Of a stretch of DNA of 64,000 nt, positions 55,132 to 64,000 are shown one piece after another. Source of the DNA: Trypanosoma brucei (Eukaryota). The notes under the pieces are model-generated. The model was not told the DNA's origin, ran no database searches, and saw only the letters and a list, made by a program, of their open reading frames with translations. Within the stretch, counting starts at the first letter, position 1, and the number at the start of each line of letters is the position of its first letter. The position numbers and the translations under genes are program-made. The stretch is from assembly GCA_000002445.1 (NCBI GenBank), contig CH464492.1:64001-128000 (forward strand), written 5' to 3'.

Positions 55132-57244
55132 TGTTTTCAGTTGGAACTTGCCCTCAGCTGTGCCAGTGCCTCTAAAAGTTTTATAAAAAATAAGACAAGC
55201 ATGCGGTTTGTTTTATGTAGAATATTTTGTGGTTTACAGAAGGGTCATAATTTTAGATATACCGCTTGCTGCACGTGATGGAGGATGTCCTACAAACTTT
55301 GTCGACTCATAGAAATGTTTTTTGTTCTGGCGATGGAGGAACCAAATGTGTAATATTCACAACTAATGCGTCACTTTCACATGGGCCTTAATTTTGTGGG
55401 TTGTTATTTTCCTGCACCACTTCCTACTTCAGCACGCTCCAGCACATGTGTTCTGTTTCAGTAGCCCTCCCTCCGCAGCTTTTGTTAACCGCTTCCGATC
55501 ACGTAGTGGAATTAAAGATGCTGTGCTTGAGGTGTCCACTGTCTTGGTCCGAGATGTAAAGAGATGCCTACTTGTGCAGTTTGCTTACCTGAAGTATGTT
55601 GAATGCCTGGTTTTTCTTTTGGTTTTCAGTTTTCCAAAATGCTTTCTGTTCGATAGCCTAAATCAAGTTAGACGGACATCAATTACGTAATTTGCTGGTA
55701 ACCAGTCTTGGTGATCCGCAGTTTTTCTCTACAAATCATTGAAAAGCTGCACTATCTGCCCGGTGATTTGTTGATCTTACGATTTCCTGTTTCTTACAAT
55801 CTGGAACTGATTCAATAGCGATATGCCGCAGTTTTTAAATTCAGGAGGTTCAATCATTTCTTTGGTGTGTTGTAATGTTCTAATTTTGTCCCCTCCCCTT
55901 TGCAGCCTTTTTCACCTTTGCATGTATTACACCTTTTCCGTTGCGTTCTAGCCAACAAACCTTGCTTTTTATTTTATTTTAGTTGGGTTTACCGCTGTTT
56001 AGTGGTCAACACATATAGGTGAGTGTGGTAGAAGCTGCTGTATTGCCGCTGTGAGTTATTCCATTACAGAGTCAAAAACAGTACAAGCTTCCTCTTGTTG
56101 TTTTTTCTGCGTTTCTAGTTGTAATGCATTCCCAGATTTCACATTTTGACCCATTTTTAATTCTCTTCTATGAAATGTTTAATCATTTCTCACTCTGCAT
56201 TATCTCAATATTTCCGTAAATTGTCAACGTCGCTCTGTCTATCTGAACTAACAGTTTTTATAGTTTTACATTTTTGAATTTGCTCAGGCATTTTGTTGGC
56301 AATCATATGGTGACTCTCTGAAGACATAACGCTTTATTCTGTCAGTATGCACAGTTTTTATTTTTTATTATTATCCGGGCTTTTTGAACATCTCTTGACC
56401 TCTTATTCTCCAATTTTGGTTTTATTTGAGAGTTTTCCCTGTATTTTCTTGATAAGCCCCATCAATGCCGCGTCGTTGTATACTCCTCCGTCAATTACTA
56501 GTGGCTAGACTGCTAAGATTTTTACCTACACCAATGTGGTAGTGGTGTTGTATCAACGGTGATTCTCGCAACTTCATATAAATAGGTCATGCTCTTCTAC
56601 AAGAGACAGTTTAGGTAGGTTAAGCGTTTTCATTTGATTTACTCACCGTGTGTATCCATTAGTAGCTTTCGTTTTAAAAGATTGTTGTCGACAGAAAAAA
56701 TATAATTTCACCCAAAAAATTTCGCCTCTTCTGCTCTAGATTGAGAGAAAAAGTCTTTGAAATGACCACACCCTTAGTCAATTCTTTCCTGTTGTTACTG
56801 CTTCTCACAGATAAATATTAGAATCAGAAATCAGATTAAAAACAACAGTTTTCACCATCTCTACAGCATAATATATCAATTTCTGCGAAAACTTAGGCGC
56901 ATTGTTTCTTCCTTATATATTATGTCTCTCTATACGGTGCTGTCATAGTAATTTTATTCCATTTTATTTCTTTTTTACCGGCTAGTGAAATTTTTTGCAA
57001 ATAACGCTGCTGGCACATTTATTCTGTACACTGGATACCTTCTCTCCACCATTTTCTCCTGTATCACTTCCTCGTCTGCAATAATTCTCATACTCTATTT
57101 CCATTTCTCTCTTTGTCTATTTGTGTGTCGCATAATACTATTCCTCGTTTTTTCCCACATACGGTCATATAGATTTCATCACATTGCACACTTGTCGGTT
57201 TTAAAGTGTCCCTACTCTCGACGAACGTTCAGTCTTCAACCACA

Positions 57245-57330
57245 TCCTTACCGTAATATTAGTATATACACATTCCTTTTATCTATTATTATTATTATCA
57301 TTATCATTGCTATTAAAATTATGACCCTAA
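57245..57330 (-). repeat. Degenerate 70-bp repeat copy, reverse orientation
   Basis: cgtaatattagtatatacacattccttttatctattattattattatcattatcattgc. Confidence 0.6.
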
Positions 57331-57384
57331 CAAATATCCATAAAATTTCCTATAATTGAGAAAACTTTATTAAAATTAAACCAA

Positions 57385-59075
57385 ACCCACAAAAGAAGCA
57401 GCCATTACAACCAATTTCTTATTTGCGAAGAAACATGAAACTTTGCACTTTTTTCTTCCAATTTGTAGCTATCTTTTCAGTCTTTTTGCTCTTTCCCTGC
57501 ACATTTCTCCTCTTTTTCTCCATCATTCCCTCCTGTTTCTTGGTTTGCTTCTTTTGTTACTTCTTGTTTGGCATTCTCACTCAAGGTGCACTTTTTGTCC
57601 TTCTTTCCATCCTCTTTAAATGTGCACCCCTGGCCCTTTAACTTATCACATGCATTTTTGTCGTCTCCTGCTGCATTGCATTCTTTTTCGGCTTTGGCTT
57701 GATCTCTTCTGGTCCCAGCGGAGTTGGCTTGTCTTTGGTCCGCGTTGTCCTTTTGTTTTGCTGTATCTTCCTCTTTTATGTGCCACGAGTTGGCCCCAAC
57801 TTTCAGCGTTTTTTGCTTTATATTCTTTATCCGTTTGTCAAGTTCCGCTGCTTCCGCCACTGCCTGTTCCTGCTCTTCTAATTCTTCCGCTAGCGTTTCC
57901 AGTTGCTTTAACCAAGTTATCTTTCCCAGTTTAACTACACCGTTGGCTGCCCAGTCATCGACTTTGACACACAAGCCGTCGTTGTTTTTGCCGCCGCAGC
58001 TGTTTCCTGTTTCTGAGGCTCCTAGTACCCCTGCGGCGGCCTTGACTTTAATTGCAGATTCTAGGTCCTCGAGTATTGCCTTGATGTAGTTTGCCGTCAA
58101 TTTCTTCGGCGTCGCCTTGTTACAGAATGTTAGTGGTTCTGTTACGTCGGTGGAGGCCGGCGGGCTTGCAACTGTCCATTGTGCTGTTGCTATTTTCACT
58201 GTTGTGCCGCAAGCTCGGTCTTCTTGGTTGCTGTCTGCCTTTGCGCATAGGCACGCTATGAGGCCGGCTACTGATTTTACTTTGATCGATGCCGAATTGC
58301 CTGTGCAGGCGGCACTGTAGCTTGTACCGCCGCCCTGGAAAGCATCATTCTGGTCGACAGTGGCCGCTTTCTTGTCTTTGTTGCCATAAACTATTATTTT
58401 TAGCGTCTTCCCTGGGCTAGTTTTGACTTTGCTTAGTTCAGCTGCCAGTTCTTCCCTTCGAGTTTTGATTTGGTACGCTTTCTCTGTGAGTTGGCGCACT
58501 TCTGTTGTTACGGCCTGCTTTTGCGCCGGTGTTAGCGTTGAGAGCTTCATATCGTCGATTATTTTCAGGTTCTCCTTCTTTAATATATCCTGTGCTGCTT
58601 TGTGCCAGTGCTTCCAGTACGGCTCCCACTTGTTTTCCTTATTTACCGTTTCGGGTTGTGTTTTGTGGACATCGTTGTCCGCAGCGTTTTTCACAAACAT
58701 CTGCAGCCACTCAGGCGCCGACAGTGACATATTTAGCCTCATTATGTCTTCAAGGTCAGCGTCGTTTGCGGTTTCTGCTGTTGCATGTGGCGGGGTGTTC
58801 TCTGCTAGGGCCACTAATCTGCAGAGCAAGTTGAATTCGTTGGCGTTGTCCCCCGGGTTGACGTTCGAACAACCGAGGTTGGTCGTGGTTATAAACAAGG
58901 CAACATAGAGGCCTTTTAGAGGTATACCAGATTTCTGCATCTCCGCTGCGCTGTTTGCCTGTCTATGTTCCTGTATATCGTTTTTTGCGTAGCTTTGTTG
59001 GCTTGACCCCTGTTCATGGTTTCGGATATCGGCACGATGGTAGAGAGTTGTGGATATAAAGAAAAAAAGGACCAC
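57385..59075 (-). pseudogene. VSG with a frameshifted GPI signal
   Basis: ORF 57477-59075 is 532 aa. The probable true start is the internal MQKSGIPLKGLYVALFITTT. The N-domain has LIACLCAKADSNQEDRACG. The C-domain has …CTLSENAKQEVTKEANQETGGNDGEKEEKCAGKEQKD*. In another frame, 57385-57445, the reverse complement encodes FFANKKLVVMAASFVGLV*, a GPI signal. Confidence 0.75.
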
Positions 59076-59774
59076 AAGGAAACTCCCAGGTATCTTGCCT
59101 TTTATGTGCGGAAGCTGACTTTAGAGGTTGTGAAGCAGGTGCTGCTTGCAGTTTAGCAGTATCGAACTGAAAATCTGTAGAGTTTGAGTTATATTCCTTT
59201 CCAAAATTCAAAAACATCTTTATGCCTCAACTATAAAATATCATGCACTACCCCGCCAATAACCCTTTGAAAATAAATAGATCACGTCCACATTGCAACA
59301 CAACGGCTTTTGGACTTAATATTTTCCGACGCGATCCGAAGCTACGTAAAAATACAACTGCCACTATCTTTTCTGTTGCGTATAACTACTTTTTTGTAAA
59401 ATACGGCGGTGTCTTAACTTCACCCTCCTGTAGTATTTTCTTTACTCGTCAGCTGCTCTAACAGACACACCGTCATTTCTTTCTCCACTTTCTTTCGTTA
59501 ATTTTGGCTTCCTGTCACAGTTTATGCGGGTCACTTAGTTGCTGCGTCTACGAAGTACACTTCGTTATGTTCCTCCTTCATTAACACTTTTATTATTTAC
59601 TTGTGTATAATGATACCTATCGTCGTATTTTTGTTTACGTATACGGGTATTATAGCTCCGTATCTTCTTTCTTTCTTACTTACTCACTCACTCACTTAAT
59701 CATTTCAACCGCAATACTGTTTTAGGTTTCTTCTATTGTGAGTGATCTGTCATTAAGAACTGCCACTGTTACAA

Positions 59775-59860
59775 TTATATCAATATACACCCAGTCACAA
59801 CACTCTCCTGTCATTATCATTATTATCATTTCTATTATTAGTGTAATTACAAATTATAAT
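59775..59860 (-). repeat. Degenerate 70-bp repeat copy, reverse orientation
   Basis: atatacacccagtcacaacactctcctgtcattatcattattatcatttctattattag. It is ~0.7 kb upstream of the VSG at 59075. Confidence 0.6.
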
Positions 59861-60162
59861 TATAATCCTAACTAATATTTATAGAGTAAATAATAAAAAT
59901 AGTAAATTGCACAAGAGCATTCATCTTTCTCACCGTATTACTTTACTAATTTTTACCTATAGGCCACTGTTATACACATTTTACTAACTTTCACATTTTC
60001 ATCACAAAGTGTTGAGATATAGCAAAATTTAGAGAATCTGTTAAAGTATAATATTTTCAAAAAAGTTATAATCCTACCAAATTCACAAAAGCAGAATCAA
60101 TTAGAGCAAATATCATATTTTATGAAGAAACTGAAATCTTTGCAAGTTTCGCCTTTCCATTT

Positions 60163-61578
60163 TCAGCCAAGAGCATTGGTGAATTCGCCTTCTAATTTCC
60201 CCTTGCATTTATCTGTTTTCGTTGCCACAGCTCCATCTGTAAACTGTTTTTTCTGCTCCTCTGGCTTAGCTTTGCACGCGCTTTCCCCCTTTTCCTCAGT
60301 TCCTTCCCATTTGCAACCATTCTCTTCGCATGTCTTTTTTGGTTTGTATTGTTTGCATTCGTCGCTTGTCTCGCTGTTTCCTGCCGGTGTCGGGGCACCG
60401 CCGGTGACTTGTATTGGTGGAGCGGCTGTTACAGTCTTCGCTGCGTCTATGGCTGCTTGCAGTTGAGTTTCGAGCAATGCAAGCTCCTTTTTTATTGCCC
60501 GTGCTCTCTGTGTTGCCTCGCGACTCTGCCTTAGCGCAGTCACTGTTTCTCCTACGGTTTTGACCCATGCCATGGAATCAAACAGTGTGCTTGTTCCGCG
60601 TTTGTCATTTGTATATTTTACGCAGAAACCTGTGTTTTGCGACGCTTGACATCCTGTTTGTCTGTACGCTCCGAGGTATGCGTGCGAGTCGTCTGTTTTG
60701 ATGGCGGCTTTTATTGATTGTAGGGTGCTGTCTAAAATTTCTTCAGGCTTTTCCGATGTCACTTTGTGTGTGCAGTGCTTTGCTAGGGTTGTCCATTGAG
60801 TTGCTGCGCCCGTTTGTCCGTCTGACCACTGGCTGAGTTCTGTCTGCGGGTTGACGCATACTGTTTTTAGGTTTGCTCCTCCGGCGCAGACACAGATGAT
60901 GGTGCCCGATATGGTTTCCGTTACCTTGTCGGCGGCTGTATTTTCGCAGCACGCCTGTGCGGTGTCTTTACCCGCCCCTTTGAAAACCTCCGCGCCGACC
61001 AATGGGCCTGCTGCTGTCCTGTCCGCTCCATACGCTGCAATCTTAAGGTTCTTCGCTGCGTTTTTGGCTGCGTCTGCTTGTTCGACGACCTTCAGCATTT
61101 TGAGTTCGCTCGCTAGTTCTGCGCTTTTAGATGCAATTACTCTGAGTTTCCTGGAAAGATAAAGTTTCTGGTGTTGCTCCAGCTGTAGCGCACCTCTGTT
61201 TTTTAGCTTTTGTTGTTGCTTGTCCGAGGCGTGAGCCTGAGCTGCTTTAAGCCACCTTGGCCACTGGGCCGACCAGGTTTTATGGCTCGAGAAGTTTGTT
61301 GGTACCGTTTGCTGCCAGTCGTCCTCACCTGTACCGCTCTTGAAGATACTTTGCCAGTCGGGTGTGCTGAAGGACATGTTTAGTTGCTGAATTTCGGCGT
61401 CTATTGCGTTTGTTTCTTCTGCTTCGCTGCCGATCTCTATTTTTGCTTCTGCTACTCCGATTAAGGTACAGAGTTGGTTGAACAGCTGTGCGTTTTCTCC
61501 GGCAGCTACGTTTCCTGTGCTCGACTGAGAAACGCAAGCGACCATCAGCAGTGCCATCACTGCTATGCTTTGTTGCAT
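60163..61578 (-). pseudogene. VSG with a truncated or frameshifted C-terminus (no hydrophobic GPI tail)
   Basis: 471-aa ORF with a signal peptide (MQQSIAVMALLMVACVSQSST), an N-domain (GTIICVCAGGANLKTVCV) and a C-domain (…CKQYKPKKTCEENGCKWEGTEEKGESACK…) ending …EGEFTNALG*. A neighbouring frame gives …GETCKDFSFFIKYDICSN*, which is a GPI-signal start without the hydrophobic stretch. Confidence 0.7.
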
Positions 61579-63294
61579 TGGTGCTTTTGGATGAAAGATG
61601 CTCTTGTGTCTCTTAAAAGTTTGAAATCCTTGCCTGTGCTGACTATATCAATGGCAGGTAGTGGGTGCGAAAGAGATATTTCCAAAAACGCTGTACGGCT
61701 TAGTTTCTAAGTTGAAAATTCACAATATGTTACAAATCGCCTCATTTTTCGCGTTTTATGGATTCTGTCGCTAGGGCGTCTTGTTTCCTCGGAGTTTTTT
61801 ACTGAGTCATATTACTCGTTTTGTTACTACCTTTTCTTCAATGTTCCCACAATCTATCCCAAATCACTGCCAACCAATTTACGTCCTTTTCCATTCTATA
61901 CTCTTCTGGTGTCGACCGTTTAGAGTATCTCGTTTTCAGTGGTCACACCCTTCTTTCTATTGAATTGCCATTTACAATCAACAGTTGATCAGCGTTATGC
62001 ATCTACACGGAAGCCCTGTTGCTATTTAAAGAGTTAATTCTACCCATTTTGTATAACATTGTACCATATATCCTCTAGTGGAGCCGCTAACTTTCGTCTA
62101 CTGTTGTGCTTCTGCGCAATTAAAACTTTGATATTGAAACTTATCACGATTCCTTCCTCTTCTAAACCCTCTTATTTATAGTGTTTGTTACTTCTTGTGT
62201 CTGACCACTTTTTCCGCAATTCTATCCTTGCAAATTTTTAAGGTGCCGCACATATTTCTGTAGTTGTATACTCAAATTTTATTGATTTTTATTTGATCCA
62301 TTTACTTGTGGCCTGGCGTCGGTACGCCATGCTTAAGTAGCAATATAACACCTCTATTTTGTGCGTGTACACGTTCTTTGTTTCGTTTAATTCAACAGCT
62401 GGTTTGATTTGGGCAGCTTGCGGCCGAGACTCGATATATCAGTTCCGATAACCAATATGTGTTTTGCTTTGCGGCATTTAGTTACTGAAGTACATTTTGG
62501 TAGACCCTTAACCTTTTGTGAATTGTACACTTTTTAAGTACTGTCAATTAATTTCTTGTTTCTCAGTATGGGATTCGCTGATAGTGACAAACAACGATTT
62601 ATGAATCATAAAGTTCGTCTAACGATTCATATATCTGTTATTTTAAGCAAAGTTAGCGTTTTTGCTCTCCCTTTGGTGGCCAGTTCAATAAATTAGTAGT
62701 CCAAGTTTTAAAATCATCTACCAAATAATTTTATATCTTTGTTTACAAATGTTGTCCATTATTGCTTGATATGACAAGAAAACGACTTCCACATTACCTC
62801 CCACATACCCAATCCCTTTCTCCTTCATCTTGTGATCCGTTTCTGTTATACACCATGTTCCTCCACAAATTAAAAGCCACAATAGTCATCATTTCTGCAG
62901 TAAAACCAATCCCTGTTTGTGTGAAATACTGGAATCATTATTAATCTATTCTCTTTCTGTACTATATAGATCTTTTCTGTGGCGGTCTGGTGTCGATTAT
63001 GTTGTTTCATTATGTTGGTAACATTTTTGTTTACTACATCTAGCGTGTTGTACAATGTAGTGACCCCATCTGGACTTCACTATCTGCTCTGTCTCAACCG
63101 AATTTCCTCCTCCTCTGCTGATATGAAGATGGTCATAGCCATGTTTATGTTTGAGTGTGAGCATATTTCATCTCATCTTCTGCGTGACTTGCTGCTTTTC
63201 CTTTAATAACATCGCCGTTAAACTCTTTAAGCACTCCCATTTTCTTACTTTCTCCAGTTGATTTAAGTGATTCAGTTTTATTATTGCATATTTT

Positions 63295-63370
63295 TTCACA
63301 ACTACTCTTTTTGATAATATTAGTATATACGCATTCAGAACACTCTTCTATCATTATCATTATTGGTCAT
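63295..63370 (-). repeat. Degenerate 70-bp repeat copy, reverse orientation
   Basis: ttgataatattagtatatacgcattcagaacactcttctatcattatcattattgg. It is ~1.7 kb upstream of the VSG at 61578. Confidence 0.55.
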
Positions 63371-63589
63371 ATAATCATTATAGCCCTGACTAATATCAGC
63401 AAAATAAACAAAAGACAGATTTAGAAGAGTTAATAATTGCATTTTTTTTCGTACTTTACCCCCTTACTACTTTGTACCCATTTTTCACCGTTCTACATTT
63501 TTTCATGCTTTTTAGTTTTTTTTAATATTTACACATTTTCATCAAAGGTTGTCAAAATGTATCAAATATTAGCAAATTTTGTAAATTTC

Positions 63590-64000
63590 ATAGACTTAAT
63601 AACTTTGAGAAATTTTTTTCAGAAAAATAATTATAGAAGAAAAATGCAAGCAAAAGAGGTTGTTTAACTACAATGTAATTGCTCCCTGTTGTATTTTTAG
63701 TGCCAGTTTTCCAAACTGCTGCTGCCACTTTAGTCTTGCACTTCCCGTCTTTGAATTCACACCCATATTTTATGTTACATTTAGTTTCGTCAGTTTCTCC
63801 CTTGCAATCTTTTGAATATTTGCCGCCAACTTCTACAGCTGCTTTGTTTTTATTTAGCGCCTGGGGCTCCTTGCGGTTCCATTTTACCTCACCATTACTT
63901 AGTGCTGCAATTGTTTCTTCACCTTCGGCGACGTCTTTTATATTCTTGGTCTCTGTGTCCCACGCTTTTAGGACTTCAGTTTGTTCCGTTTTTAGATTTT
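63590..64000 (-). pseudogene. Partial VSG, 3' end only (continues beyond the window); stop codon lost
   Basis: The reverse complement of 63640-63790 encodes …GCEFKDGKCKTKVAAAVWKTGTKNTTGSNYIVVKQPLLLAFFF-YNYFSEKNF…, a C-domain and GPI signal with TAT in place of a stop. A degenerate 16-mer is at ~63555-63570. Confidence 0.65.

Noticed and set aside
1-64000. A prokaryotic defence or novel operon system, as the prompt suggested might be present
   Set aside because: Sequence composition, VSG protein architecture, 70-bp repeats, telomeric TTAGGG repeats and ingi/DIRE retroelements all identify this as kinetoplastid (T. brucei-group) nuclear DNA. No bacterial gene signatures are present.

Overview
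This window is not prokaryotic. It reads as a subtelomeric variant surface glycoprotein (VSG) gene array from an African trypanosome of the Trypanosoma brucei group.

The evidence for that call, all visible in the sequence:
- Many ORFs have VSG architecture: an N-terminal signal peptide, an N-domain with the ...ICVCA-type cysteine motif, a Cys-rich C-terminal domain, and a GPI-anchor signal such as SFLINKAPLWLAFLLL or SFLVNKKLALIAAAFMSFVLF.
- Several are followed by the conserved VSG 3'UTR 16-mer TGATATATTTTAACAC.
- Degenerate copies or arrays of the AT/TAA-rich '70-bp repeat' (core GTGTTGTGAGTGTGTATATACGAATATTATAATAAGAG) lie 0.7-2 kb upstream of most VSGs.

I count about 18 VSG genes, pseudogenes or fragments. 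Only the VSG at 5103-6527 looks intact; the others carry frameshifts, stop losses or truncations.

Mobile elements:
- A 5,261-bp ingi non-LTR retrotransposon at 33650-38910 (+) with a 15-bp target-site duplication.
- A second, 3'-truncated ingi copy at about 20320-25049 (-), in inverted orientation to the first.
- A degenerate ingi-related element (DIRE) at about 16620-20320 (+).
- All three begin with 2A-like D-V-E-x-N-P-G-P peptide motifs.

The most unusual structure is at 6.68-8.2 kb. Two convergent VSGs are each followed by telomere-type hexamer tracts: TTAGGG-like on the + strand on the left, CCCTAA plus four 29-bp telomere-derived repeats on the + strand on the right. The tracts face each other across a ~1-kb A-rich, partly palindromic core, which looks like two chromosome ends joined head-to-head. 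A shortened version of the same 3' module sits downstream of another VSG at 44.2-44.6 kb.

There are no bacterial defence systems, CRISPR arrays, rRNA or tRNA genes here. Trypanosome genes lack individual promoters and introns, so I make none of those calls.
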